A stretch of 64,000 nucleotides of DNA, from positions 806,001 through 870,000 of the forward strand of contig NW_021832231.1 of the NCBI RefSeq assembly GCF_006345805.1, in the 5' to 3' direction. The stretch's first letter is position 1. Each line of letters begins with the position of its first letter. Shown in pieces: positions 12,816 through 27,002 of the stretch. This DNA comes from Octopus sinensis (taxonomy: Eukaryota). The position numbers and the translations under genes are program-made. Under the pieces are notes generated by a model. It made no database searches. It saw only the letters and a program-made list of their open reading frames with translations, and had not been told where the DNA came from.

Positions 12816-14536
12816 CAGTCCGACCCCCAAATGGGGCACCAAGTGCCCCAAAATGCGGGGGTGCCCCAAAAACAGGGGTTTGTTATTTTTTTTAAAAAAT
12901 TAAACATTAATAAACATCAAAAAACATTTTTACTAAAATATTCAGTATTTTCTTTTTATTTGTAGAGTTTTGTCTGATATTGTTCGTCAATTTCAGCCGA
13001 AAATCAAAAAAATCTCGGAGCAACTTGGTTGTGCAACATTAGAAATTTTCTTCTAAATTGTTAGCAGATCTTTTGTTTTTGCTACGACATTTTCAATTTT
13101 CGGTTTCTGAATATGTATCATAAACATTTTGTGTTCATGTCTTCGCATTCTCCATCAATTGTTTCGTTAACAACTGATCTAAATGTTCATCTGTTAGACA
13201 GTTTTTGTTGCATAAGAATCACGGTTCCTGTCGATTTTCTTCCAACAATTAACAATACTTTTAGCATCTATTTTCTCCCATCTTTTGAATTAGCATCATA
13301 ACCTGACGCAAATTTAATTTACCAATAGAATGTGTAAAATCGTTTTCGAAATCTTGAAAACATAAAAATTCCATTAAGAAAGAGGAATAATAATCTTTAA
13401 AAATCTTGATTATTCCCATATCCAAAGGTTGTAAATAGGGCGTTGTATTTTTCGGCAAAAATAAAAATTTGATGTTCGAACATTCGGCAGTTTTATGGCA
13501 TCCCGCATTGTCAAGTATTAATAATATTTTTCTGTTGTTTTTGCAAAACGATTCATTTATAAGTGTAAGCCAACTCATAAAAGTCTTTCCAGTCATCCAT
13601 GCATTTTGAGAAGATGGATACAATAACCCAAAATCTTGAACATCAAAATTTTTGACACCGAGGTTTTTTATATTTTCAATAATCAAGGATTAAGTTTTTC
13701 CCCGATAAACTGCAGCATAGAAGAACAGTGAGTCTTTCTTTCCCTTGTTTATAACCCAAAAACACGGTTCGCCTTGTTCAACAAATGATTTTTGAGGAGT
13801 TCTTTTTATAAAAAGCGCAGTTTCATCACAATTAATATATTCTCAGGTCCATATTTTAATACTTTCTGGTCATATTTTTCAAAATAATTTTTCACATAAG
13901 AAATCACATGAAGCTTTTTCACCACATATTGACTTGAATTGAAGTTCATGCCGCAATTTAAATCTATCAAGCCACCATTGGAAGCTTAAAAGAAGTAAAT
14001 CCAATTTTTGAAGCTGTAACTAAGGCAATTTTTTTCAAAATAGGGCCTGAAATCGGAATTTTATTACGCGTAGTCTTTGAAATATTTCAAAGACTTGATC
14101 ATCAAATTTATCTTTATCGGCTTTAAATGTGTCATATTCCTCAGAAATAGTATTGCCGTGTTGCAAGAAAGGTACAATATTTCGTTTTATTCTTGATATG
14201 TTCCTTTACTTGTGTTGTACTTTTTCATTAGTTGCCTCTCAGATAAATTTTTCTTCAAAATTTCTTTAGCAATCTTCAATTTAGTTTCGTATCCATAACC
14301 ACAACAATAAAATATAAATTGAAAATAAAACAAAAAAAATTTAATTTATTATAATTTATTTTATTTTTAATTCCTTATAAATGATTTTATGGTGCCCCAA
14401 AAATTCCATAATTTTTTATCGATTTTTATTTTTTTTCTGCCAAAATGTACTTTTGAATAAAGTGCCCCAAATTGGGGGGTGCCCCAAAATCCGAGGGTGC
14501 CCCACCCTGGGGTCTGCCCATTTTGGGGTCGGACTG
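12816..14536 (-). mobile_element. Full-length pogo/Tigger transposon with frameshifted transposase
   Basis: TIRs CAGTCCGACCCC.AAATGGG at both ends with TA TSD; repeated GTGCCCCAAA subterminal motifs; NCDETALF, ILLILDNAGCH and FLPKNTTPYLQPLDMGII motifs. Confidence 0.92.
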
Positions 14537-14758
14537 TAATTTAAAAAGCTATTTCGACAGTAAAATAAATTATTAAAAAATTAATTTTAGTTTTAAATTG
14601 TTTTTTTACTAATCAAGAAACTAACAAGAAAAACATTTTCTCAAACTTAGTTGGGCTAGTTAGGGTAAAAGAGTACTATTTTTCAGGGCAACAATGCCCA
14701 AACACTTTTCTAATCAAGAAATATTCAAAAAATCATTATTAAAAGATAAATCATAATA

Positions 14759-17700
14759 TTAAATATCAATAAATGGGAGTCTGACATCAACAACCCACAT
14801 GTTTATAACACCTCAAAATGGACGAAATCTCTATTCTTAAAGACACCGACAACTCATATGCAACAAGACAGCAAAGACTGTCATAACACGAGTTAATCCA
14901 ATCGAGCAACTACAAATTACTGTGAGCACAGACCCTTTGTTGTTCCATTGGACGAATATTACGACAAATCATGACAATGTTGCATTCCCATGCCAATCTG
15001 CGTTGACTGTTCTCCACAAACGAGAGGAAGTACTCAAGACAAGACATGGAATGACTAAAACATTCGCCACACTCAACCACCTCTTGATTGTCTCAAAACA
15101 TACAGACTTGTCCGAATCCACATTTTTTGAATAAAATGATTTAAATAAACATTCCATAAACAACTGAATAGACAGAACCTCCTGGTGTAGTAATTCGTCG
15201 ATTTCTAGAATAATCTCAATAATACAACCCTCGAGGACCTGTATTTTGTCACGTGCAAATATGTAATACTCAAGACAAATCTCTTGAAGGATACATATAT
15301 TAGAGGGTTCCAATTTATGGAAATACATCGTCCCCTCCGAAACAATGGACTAAAATAGAGCCAACCCCATCAAAACCACATCATTCTGATAACAAGCATA
15401 TTCACAGTGATCGACTCCAAATAGAATAGAGTTGAGTGCTCTCAGTAGCCGAGTACCATTGCATTTCATCCTCGAACAATCTTGAATAAAAGTGCAGAAT
15501 ATTTTCCAATGGTCGGAAGTAAATTGACTTCCGTGTCGCAGAACAAGACATTCAAAACAGTCAATCGAGACAAGAGACAGTTCTTCCACATCTTTAAAGT
15601 TGGACAACTGTTTGGAAATATATTCGAACTGATCAACACATTCTGGGTTGAAGACGGTCACAATATTAAGGAGGATTTGCTTGCAGGTCAAAATCATGTT
15701 CTGAAGTTAAAAATAAAATCCAAACTGAATCAAGATTGTCGACCATGTTTATATTGTTGACTACCCGGAATATCAAATTAAAAAAATCCATCCACCAAAG
15801 CACCTGAAACTGCCCAGAATATGTCTTGACAGTCTCAAACATCACTAAAAGTCCCCTTCAATTCAAATTATGAATCCAACCGAGTACGAACCTCCAAGTG
15901 TGAGTTTCCAATGACTCGTGAAAGTCCAAACAAGACAGGGAACCACCCATTCACCCACAGTCGGTCACCAAAAAGCTTAAACCATTAGAATGCGGCAATA
16001 CAGAGGAGTGTTGGTCAACCACATTCCCACACTGCCGTAGCAAGTCAATGGAGTCCATCGAGACCTGAACGTTGCCTTCATTTGTGGCAAACTCGGAAAG
16101 ACACTTGACTGCGTATTGGAATGAGTCGAGAATTACTTTGGGATGTGAATAATATATTTGTTCTATTATATATTAATTAGTATTAACCAATTATAGATAC
16201 GATGACTCCAAACGTCTTATGATATATCACCATCTGACTGGTTGCCACAATCGAAAAAATATTAAAAATGCTCTTCCAGCCAGATTTAATGGCCTCAGCT
16301 TTGAGCAGTATCATCGAAGTAATGCAATCAATGATCATATTACTTATCGACTTGGACCTAAAGAGATGGGGGAATACGACAACTCTGTCTTTTCCATAAT
16401 ATACTCGTATGGCCGGAGAAAATCTTTATGAAAGTGGAAATTCTCCAACTCTCCGCGGTCAAAAAACTTCATTGCCATCTGTTTAAGCGAATCCAGTGCC
16501 AGAAAGCCAATTTTTTCGCTAAAACATGTTCCCACCTAATATCGTAATTAAATAATGCAGACCTGATTAAAGTGGTTACCCACAATCTCCCAAATACGAG
16601 ACCACATTATTCGAATTCTGTCCATATTGTAATATGTGACTTCCACAATCTTCTGTAGACTGAATATCCCAGGGGCATCCTTGGAAGACAGTTCTTCGAG
16701 GGAGACCTTTGAGAGGGCACTTATAAAACAGACTACACACTACTCCACTCAGCACTAACCAATCGAATTGCCATCCAGATTGACAGACTGGGCGAATAGT
16801 TGGTCTACTGATATCAGAATGGACTGCGAATTAGTCTCGTTCAACGCCTTCCGTTCTAGAAAATTAGGAAACCACAAAAAACACGATTTGCAAGTAATTG
16901 GACTCGTTCTAACTGGGAAATACAGCGAAGAATCTGTGAATAACACGACTAGTCACACCTCAATCCACGAACTACCCAAGTAGTTGCCATACTGTCGAGC
17001 AATGTTGATGAGTGTGTGAATTGCCATCACGTGCTTGTGCTTAATCGTAGAGGGAATCGAAGTTGTCTTTAACATAGTGAATGAGAGGAGTGAGTGGATG
17101 AAGGCGTCCCTCTCTATCTGCCCATTAACACAACCACACACCTGCATGTCCAACAGACAGGCCATTCCAACCGATTTGCTGATGCCAGCAAGACATAACT
17201 CGATTATCTCGACTGTTTCGAATGTCTGAAGACATGTCCCGAACGTGGCAATTAAACATGTCCACATAGTCTTCAATAAAGAATAAATCTCACCTCAAAC
17301 ATTGGCTTGACATGTACACTTGGCAGTGCCACATAGAAATGCCCACATTTACGATTGAAGGCATTTTCCAGGAGAATCTGTGCCACATCAACCACACAAC
17401 CCGTTTGTCTACTCCTGTCCTCTGCTTTGACGTGTTCTAAATGGGAAATGTAGCAAACTAGAATGGTTTTGGAGGGACTGGATTGGATGCTGAGCAATGT
17501 CATCGAATATGTCGGACAGAAACTGGTGTGAGGGGGGATCGCTCGATATACTACTCAGAAAGTTTTCAATGAACATTGGCTTGGTCATTCTCCGGTCATC
17601 CCTGATCTGCAAGTCGGTCAGTAGGAACAACCTGGTCGTTGTGGAGGTCGGTGGTGAGCATTATTACTGCGAAAGACAGGACATAGGCCACATCCGCCTT

Positions 17701-20700
17701 CCCAGTGAACACACTAGGCTGTGCTGACTACAAATACTCCGGATTGGAAGCGACGTAGACTGATGCAAATTTTTCCATGAGGCGGTCAATCTTCTGGGCC
17801 TCCCCCGGAAGTCTGAAGCAGGAGAGATATCTTCGGAGAGCAGGGAGAAAGGGAATGTTCTCAAATTTGATGGATTCCACATAGGAGTGCATCACTGCAA
17901 TACAGTAACTATAAATAAGAGATTTGCATCACTCGGAATGACCCCCCAGTAACTGCCCGACTGAGACTGGGTCAAGACGATCATTATTCAAAATAAATTT
18001 TGCGATTTCCTCCGGACTGTCGACAAGGAAAGACTGGTTTATCCAGAATTCCAACCCTTTTAGAGGACTTTTATTAAATCTACAGTAGACAGTGAAAACA
18101 GCACATTTCAATCCCCTTTTCATATACTGACTTGGACTGCTTCTGCTTCTCGATCGAGTCGATTTGGTAAGTCTCTTCCCACACCTGTTTGTCTGTAATA
18201 CTCTCAGTTCCCACCGTGTCCCCGCCCAGTGTGTCTGTTGGTAGTGAAATCAATTACCCTGAGATGACTGAACAGTGTGGAGAGGAGCAGGAACTTCTGC
18301 ATCTTCTCCGAGACATGTGAGAATTGAAACGAGACATTTTAATGACGATATTTGAAATTTGTGATGATATTCTATTATATTTAAACATTTGTATTTAAAT
18401 TATTAATAAAATCTATTTAAATAATTTTATTTTAATTATTAATAAAATAATAAATATTTAAACCTCGTTGTTGAGCTACATAAGCAATGTTGACTACAAG
18501 TTTTTCAAACAAATTATGGCATTCCATGTGGCAGTCATAATTCACATACAAATCAAACAAAAATTGAGGCTCTGCACGTGATTTAGCAACAACAACCTTT
18601 GCAAAATACAGACAAGTCGTTGATTACTTTCCACTTGATTTGGACAGGTGTTGCCTCCACCTCCAAAATGTAGATAATGATTTCGTTAAAAATCACCTTT
18701 GGACATGAAAAGCGTAAATACCTGAAGCTGTTCCTTCAAGCACTCTCTCATGAATTTCCAGAGGGCAAAGAATACTGTTATGGCGAGGTTGCCGACTTGT
18801 TCACAGCTCGAAAAACTGTTTTTGAGTATTCCCACACACAAGTATTGCTTGATTATTGACAGCAAAGCTTCATTGCCTGCAAAGGAGGAGTGGAATTTCT
18901 GGATTAAATAATGTATCAAATTAAATGATAAAATCTTTGTTTGTTCCGTTCTATCTACTATTAATATGGGCTAACTCTGTTGTCAGGAGTTTACATAAAC
19001 TTAAAAATATGCAGGCGGCGTTTTTATTGTCGGTGCAGTCCACGTCGACAACCCAATTTGAATGGCTGTATTTATTCGTTTCAGAGTTAATATAATCAAA
19101 TAGTTTTTCTATAATAATATTAATTTTTTAATTAATTAAAAAAATGAAAGGTACTTTTGTCGAAGTGGTCGCAGTTTTTTTTAGGCCTTTTAAAAAATCT
19201 AATAATTTTTGAGGTGGAATATATTATATTTTATTTAAGTCGCTCTATCAATAATTTAAAATATTATTAAATTTTTTACTAATTTATTTTCTAATTTTTT
19301 AATATTATGGCGAGCATGTACCTAATATTGATATAAACTGGCACTATAGGTCACATGGAAAATTCTGTTGTGGACTTATGCACATCAAATTCCGACAGCT
19401 CCCAATAAGTAAGGAGGATGCAGTGCATTTTCTGCAAAATGTGGATATCCTTTCAAAATCACGTATATGTCCGAAGGGACATCAGATGGAATTAGTCTTG
19501 GGACCGAAGCTCAATTGGAAATGCTCAAGAGTTGGTTGTAGAGTCCAATGTTTCTATTAAAAAAGGTATAATTTCTCTCAAATAATTCTAGATACCTGGT
19601 TAGAGAATTGTAGATTGCCATTTGAGGATGTCATCGCCTACATATACTTATGGAGTTACGATAGGCATACCTTCAAATGGCTTCATCACGAATACAATTG
19701 GGGTGAACATACATATGTCGATTGGGCTATGTTTTTAAAAAAATTCTTTGTGGATCCAACGACGGGAGTGCACACCCAGACAGTAGAACGAATGTGGGGA
19801 AGTGCAAAATGCAAGAATAAAGCTCAAAGAGGAGCTGTAAGACATCATCTGGGATCTTATTTCGCAGGTTTTTTTAGTTAGTTATTTTTCAGAATTTATG
19901 TGGCGAAAACAAATACAGAACTATAAGGAATCTTTTGCACAGATTGTAAAAGACATAAATTCCTTCTACAGTCCTGGAATTTGGATGCCGCGTACTAAAA
20001 TGACTAAATTGGTTAATAAATTTTTAAATAATTTTAATAACCATTTAATTATTGATAAGAGGGTTATAATTAAATAATCTATTTTTCACTAAAAAATTAA
20101 TTAATTTTATTATCTTCTAAAAAAACTGCGACCACTTCGACAAATAATTATCTTCTAAAAACTGCGACTGACGACCACTTCGACAAAAGTACCAAATGAA
20201 AAAACTAACTTAGTTCGGGGACTTTGATCGAGTCTATGATTTGTCCTAAATTATTCACCAATAAAGGATACTTACCACTGCTAGTTTCCACCAGTTGGTC
20301 GACTAAACTGAGTATATATCCTAAAAATATATTATAAGATATTTAAGATATATTAAATTGAATATAAATTATAAACAATTCAATTAATTATAATAATTTA
20401 AAATATAACCGTTGTGGGTCGGGTTGGGACTCTGAGACAGTCTGGAAAAGACAATCCCCAAGATTTGAATCAGTGCCGCATTTGCAGCAGTTTGAATCTC
20501 AGAATTCTCTGCGGAAAGAAATATATTGATAAGAGAGCGTAAAAGCAAGTTAAAACTGTCGATGGAAATACAGGAATCGTGGAGTGACACAACAACGAGA
20601 AAAATCTACCAAAATCGTGTAAAACACCACTTTTGTAATAAAAATCTGAATATTTGAAATCTTGTTGTATTTGTGTCCCAATTCGAACAAAATGAATATT

Positions 20701-21097
20701 ATTTTGTCTACTAAAAGGCGGGAAGGATCACTGAGATCCTCGAGATGTTCGGAGACAAGGCCATGTACGAAAAGTCTCTGAGAATCCCCTCAAAAAACAA
20801 ACCTGAATGCAGTCCAGAGAGACCATGACCAGATTCGTGTTCTGAGTCTGAGTTCCCAGTAAAAAGGGAGCAAAGCAGGAATAAATCAGGCTGGGATTGG
20901 CGGCCATCTTGAAGAAACTGAGGCTTAGGTGTGGCTGTTACCTCATGTCCAATTTTTCTTTCTTGAGCAGATCTGTGATTGATTGATATAGGATAACCTG
21001 ATGTTTCGTCTACTAGTTTTTTAAGGTTGGAGAAGATTCGTTTTTTGATGTCTTTGCAGGTGGATAACTCCTCGAGAAGAAGTTCAAGCAATTCCAT
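14759..21097 (-). CDS. ARFGEF: BIG1/BIG2-like Sec7-domain ArfGEF, many micro-introns
   Basis: [11 protein letters not shown]...[67 protein letters not shown] and [32 protein letters not shown]. Confidence 0.93.
19150..20193 (+). mobile_element. Merlin (IS1016/ISXO2-like) transposon, internally deleted, inside an ARFGEF intron
   Basis: TIR GGTACTTTTGTCGAAGTGGTCG; perfect 8-bp TSD AAATGAAA (19142-19149 and 20194-20201); CPKGHQM...[21 protein letters not shown] and HLGSYFAEFMWR motifs. Confidence 0.93.
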
Positions 21098-21479
21098 ACA
21101 ACAAAGAACAGCTGATTAAGGACAGACGTATTAAAATTATTTTATTTATTTAATATAACTAAATAACAATATTTTTTAGTTTAACAATTAATAATTAATT
21201 TTAAGTTTAAATTCTATAATACGTTTGGAAAATATAACTAACAGAATATTGAGCATTCAAAATAACCTAATTTATTGTGTCCTTCCTTTTTATTTTCAAA
21301 TACGATCAATTTTTATATCTCATTTCTCAAAATGGAATATAAAATGGAATGTAGCCTAATTTAGAAGCTTTTCGGAAATATTTTATGAATTGGAAAACTA
21401 ATTAATTATGAATAAATTATTCATCCATAAATGAATTATTCTTTCATTAATATTTTAAAACTGGTCAGTGAAATCACAG

Positions 21480-21860
21480 GTCGTGCTGAACATTTACGGT
21501 AAGTGCCCCATTGTTGATCCATTTCGCCAATCTACCCCGCATAGTATACCCATTTGCTTTCGGTAGAAGGAGTTATGGTTTTTAGTTTCTGAAGCGGAAG
21601 TCCCCAAACAGTATTTCACAAATGCATTGTAGAGACGCAAACGAATGGTAATCGTTGCCGGCCTGTTAGCACCCAATCCGTTTTTAACCTGTTCAACAAG
21701 GCCGTCGATAGTAATTTCCTCAGCGTTGTCCTCACCATCTACAAGAAGTGAACCAAATGTCCTGGAACGTCTCCATTCCTCAGACAATTTTGCGATTTCG
21801 ATGATTTCAGTTTTAGTTGTATTCACCGTAAGGAACCATCGCAATTATATTTTTCTAAAG
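21480..21860 (-). mobile_element. RTE-like LINE fragment (same family as 5480-6405)
   Basis: VNTTKTE...EEWRRSRTFGSLL...RLRLYNAFVK...GILCGVDW. Confidence 0.7.
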
Positions 21861-22107
21861 AATTTGCCTGTTTTTATGATAAATCCTACATACCTAATTT
21901 TAGTCCTTAAAATTCGTGTAAAAATGGTTATGCAGTTTTTTTAGGCGAGTCGAGGGTAAAATTTATCAGAAAAAAATGACACAATTGATCTAAACCAGTC
22001 TGAAATTGTTTTTTGGTCTATACGTTTAATAAAAATATAATTTCCCACAAATTGCAGTCCTCTGTAAAAATTTTAAAGAGTAAAATTAGTCAAAATGGTT
22101 AAAAAAA

Positions 22108-23011
22108 TTAAATCTGTAATCGGACGTATTTTTGATCAACTCGACAAAATAAAACACATCCAGTCAACAGCGAAATAAACTAAAAAATACCAAAACAATA
22201 AAAAACCCAAAACACTGAAATAGCGATATTCATCACGATCAGCAAATTCGAATATTTTAAAATTGTTTTGAAAAAAACAGGAAAACAGGGCTACAAATAT
22301 AACTAAACACGACTTGAGGATTAACTCCCTTTGCTGTGACATTACAGATTAGTGTCTGATTAGCACAGCAGCTGGGAGGTAGGACATTAAAATCTTTATA
22401 ATAGTCCGTTTCAGTCCAACTTGTGAAATTATAAGTTCCACAACAATTATTCTTAAAATAAATTATTTGTAATATTTTTAACTTCTCTTTGATAGGAATC
22501 CACCAATTGTTCAATGTATGAAGACTTGTTGTAGGAATTAAACGCATAATTCATCGAAGAATTAGCATAGGAATGTAACTATGTCATTTTATCCATAAAA
22601 TGTTAACATTCTTTGAAAAAATGTCGGCGATCAAGGAAGAGGAGACATTTATGCAGATTGTCACAAAAAGTGCCACCGTAAACTAAAAGACTACGGAAAA
22701 TCGACACTAACCAAGACCGTGCTGCACCTGCTTGGTCGAATTGCAGCAAAACACCCGACGAAGGAGGTCACAGCGATTAGACAACCACACAGTAACATAA
22801 GTATAGATTCATTCAGGACATTCGATGTTTCATAAGTAAATATACTTATCGAACTACTACGGTATTGCCGAGTTCCAAGTACCAAAAAAAAGCCACCCAA
22901 AATCTTTAAGCATGTTTTAATTAAGTGGCAAACCCCGAGGAATAGAGAAATAGATAATAAGAATAGTCGCCAAAAAGTTGGAGACCTTCTTTCTAACATT
23001 GAGTGAGCCAT
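22108..23011 (-). CDS. Tetraspanin
   Basis: Four hydrophobic segments, FVGCFAAIR, and large-loop CCG / PPSCC / C motifs; joined through micro-introns. Confidence 0.88.
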
Positions 23012-23551
23012 TAGACCACAAAAATGTATTACTGAATAATATCATTTTAATTAAATAATTTATATGAAAGAAAATTTCATAATCTAAGAAATTAAATTAG
23101 TTTTCCTTTTTTATGTGTGAAAAATCTTTTTCAAAACTTTGTATACTGAAATTTATTTGTAAATAACATTTTAAATTGTTTATTTATTTATTTTCGGCAA
23201 AATTTTTTGTTATTAATGTTTCTTGATGTGTATGGATCTGATTTGGTCTATTTCGAGAATATCAAATTTAACTCAAATTACAATTTTATTATTCCTGGAA
23301 ATCCAACAAGTCTGTTCTCTATTCAAAAATATTGAAAAAACTGTTTCCGATCATAGAAAAACACCCATAGGAATAATTATTGCTGATATCATATTTTCTG
23401 GCAAATTCAATATAGTTGTCCGATATAAAATATTCGCCTTTATTTGCTTAATTTGAGAATAGGTTGAATTATTTGAAATTTAAATGGACAAAACAAGCAA
23501 TGAAGATATTTGGGAAATGTTTGCAATAAAATTGACTTACATAACTCCACC

Positions 23552-23796
23552 CGTTGTATTGTGTGTTTTTAGACATCGTGCAAGAGAGGCACTTACCGGT
23601 TGTTCTGCAAGACGACTTGAGGCTTTTAAAGAAAACCCTAAAGACCTGTGATGATCTTGACGAACTCCGGATACTAACCCAAAACCGCGAAAGCTGGAAA
23701 TCGTTGGTACAGAAGGTCGTGTCGTGTGTGGCACGTGTAGGAATATAACTCTTTTCTGTTTATGTCTCTACGGAATGTGCTAAAATAATAATAATG
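23552..23796 (+). mobile_element. Short 3' fragment of RTE-like LINE with TSD
   Basis: 3' end resembles 6300-6405; (TAA)n tail; flanked by direct repeat ACTCCACC (23544-23551 and 23797-23804). Confidence 0.75.
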
Positions 23797-24074
23797 ACTC
23801 CACCACAGTCAGTTTTGGACAAAATGGAAATCTTTGTTGAAAAAAAACAATAATAGATATTTCAAAACACCGACTTGAGAAAATGTTTGATTACGTCTTA
23901 AAACAATTGCTTTGAACAAGGAGTTAACTTCTCCTATGGTTTATTCGAAACTAAGTCCCAAGGATAATATCCACTAGCTAGTTTCATGAATTGATAAGTT
24001 AATAGAAATTTATTTCCAAAAGTTAGTTTTTGGGGCTTCTTTTCAGCTAGGGATCATTTCTAAAGTTTGCCTTG

Positions 24075-24530
24075 AAAGAACGTTCATCAAACGACGAAGC
24101 TTCTGTTTCCGTTCTTGTGCTTTCCTCCAGTGTTTACTGTTTCGTTATTTTAAGAAGTTTTGGAAAGTGTGTGACGCGGCTTAAAATCACGATTGTTGCA
24201 AAAAAGGCAGACCAGATACAACCAGTTCATGTTCTCTCGGCGACGTATATTAAACAGTAATCAATATTTTTGTCTACAACGGGGTAGACGATCGTCATTT
24301 ATTCGAAAATATTGTTAATTTTTTTGTGGGAATGGAACAGAAAGATATCTGTATTCATAGTCGGAAAGATATCAGTATTCAGAGAGAAGTCAAAAGAGTC
24401 AGCGAACTCTACAAGAGGACGATTCCAATCGAGGAGTTGTCGAAGAATAAGAAGATATATTATGTGAGTCGTGTGGTCTGGATACCAAGAATAAAATTTC
24501 CTTTTGGTTGGGCAATGATGTTATATTTAA
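24075..24530 (+). pseudogene. Inverted partial duplicate of WDR43
   Basis: SVSVLVLSSSVYCFVILRSFGKCVTRLKITIVAKKADQIQPVHVLSATYI matches the WDR43 exon at 25970-26210; has a stop and a frameshift and retains the intron. Confidence 0.85.
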
Positions 24531-25257
24531 TGTATATTTTCATTATTAATAGATGAACAAAGTTAGAAAAGAATCATTTTCTGTAAAATAAATAATGTTT
24601 ATTCTAAATTTTTTGAAGCAACTGTAATAACTATTAATGTATTTTTCAATTTGTTTGAAAAACGAGAGTGTATTATAGTTTTTATTCGACTTTGTATTCT
24701 TTGATTAATGTGTTTCTTGCAGAGAAATATTATCAGATATTTTTGTTGGTGACATGATAAAACTCTCCAAGAATATTTACCCAAAGGTCAGAATAATTAA
24801 CGGATAATATAGTTAGTAATGTGGGACTATTCCAGTTAAAAATAGCAAAAATTACGAATTTACATTCATTATATAGTCAATTATAATATAATAATATTAC
24901 GTCATTAAGTAATTTTTAAAATTATGAAATAGTCAATCAAACCGGATTTCAACAAGGAAATAAGAGTTAATTAGTATGAAATACTCCTGACAAAATTTAA
25001 ATCTGATGTAAAGCCAATCGGAATAATTTTTTCCTTAATTTATTATCAACCTACATTTCAGGAATGAAATTTTAAAAAAATTTCGTGTGAATCGATAAAT
25101 AAATATATTTGCGTAACAAATAAATCGTAAACGTGCGTGGAATAATTATAAATTTTGATTAATACAGAATATCTAATTATTGAAAATACAGGTAGAAAAA
25201 AGATATAATTAAATCACTAATATACAATCACATATAAATTAGAATCCTCCAGCTATA

Positions 25258-27002
25258 CTAGTCCTCGGGCTCATAAAAAACTTCTCCATTCGCCTTGTTC
25301 ACTACTTGACCGTCTTCATTAGCCTGTCCCTGAGAATAAATAACCAGAATTTCCACCCATTTGGTTAGAATTTCCAATCTTCCACTTAAAGCACTCAATT
25401 TTCCAAAAAGTGACACTCGCTCTGACACGCAGTTTTTAATGTCACGAAAACTGTTGCGAGCTCCCTCATCCTAGCAATAATCAGGAACCAAAAAACCATA
25501 AGTAGAGTATCCCCTCGATGTGTCCAAAGACACCTCAGCCACTGCACCGCATTCTCAGCACTGTATATGTATAATCACAAAAAACACGTTTTAGAGCAAG
25601 AAGTTGCTCGGAGACACAATTCCTCGTGAAGTCCGAACAAGCTAACATTGCTTATCCGCTTTACAGTGGAATTTACAAGGTGCGCATCACGAATTTGTAA
25701 AACGTTCTAAAAATGTAACTAAATTTTGCACATTCAAAAGCGATTGATCACGACTGGTGACTCCTTGCATGAGCATTACTGCCATCGACTGTCCTCGATT
25801 TACTTCTGCCATCTACAATATTCCACATTAACTCTTACAGAATTCATCTTCTTGTTTTCGGAAAATTCCGAAATCGGAATCGACCTTTTATGAAGTCCGT
25901 TGACCCTTTTCAACTCTCTCTGAAGACACACGTCTTTCCCGTTAACTATACTCTGCTCCATAATCACAAAATAAAATTAACAATATTTTCGAATATAAGC
26001 CGATCATCCACCCCGTTGTAGACAATAAATATCGATTCCCCTCTAATATAGGCCGCCGACAGCACGTGAATTGGTTGCACGTGGTCAGCCTCCTTCGAGA
26101 CAACCGTGATTTTAAGTCGCCTCACACACTCCCCAAAACTCCTTAAAATAACAAAACAGTACACACCCATTAAAGGTAAGGACAAGAACGGAAACAGAGC
26201 CTTCGTCATCAATTACTATAACTCTCAGAGACGACTCGTCTTTAAACAGGCTAAACCACCTGACTGGATAATCAAACGAGAATGAGACCACTGGCACGTT
26301 TGTATTTTTTTCCCGCCTTAAATATAAAATCATTGCCCAACCAAAAGTGGATTTTATTTTCGATAGCCACGACCACATAAGATATCTCCGCCTGGAATAG
26401 TTCCACATGCCTTGCCTTCCCAGCCATTTTGAAAGGACACGTCTCCCCATCTGTCCCTCTGTGCCAAATATCTATTTCATTGTGGGCAACGACAATCCAG
26501 TCAGAGTTGACCCTCAGCTGAGAAATAGAACCTTGCCCCATTCCCTTCCAGGATCTAAACTTATGAGAAATCAGTCAAAACCGGAGACATGACTGATCTC
26601 GAGTGTCCCACTGGTAAATGTTGTAGTCAGTGTCCACGGCAAATAGAAATCCCCCTTCACACAAAGCACAATCAACGACTCCAAAAGAGTTCTTAGTCCC
26701 CTAAGATTAGCTCTAATTATAGTTACAAATTCCATAATAGTGTCGCCTATGATGAGTATTCGTCCCAGACCTGTCCCTATTAGTAGACAGCTCTTTTTTG
26801 ATTTCTTTCCTGGCTTCTAATAATTTGAATAATTATTGATTGCCTTTATGTTGTACTTTATCCAAGACATTGAAGAACAGTGGTCTTTATTTGATAGTTT
26901 AGTTATTAGGGTTTGCTTGGAATTGGTACAGTCACATTTATAGATATATCGGCCTTTCTTGATAAATGCAATGAAATGGCAATCGTTACTAACAGCGTAC
27001 AT
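25258..27002 (-). CDS. WDR43: WDR43/UTP5-like SSU processome protein
   Basis: N-terminal WD40-like segments (CSSMSW, LLIGTGLGRILI); C-terminal Utp12-like segment IKNCVSERVSLFGKLSALSGRLEIL. Start uncertain. Confidence 0.7.
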
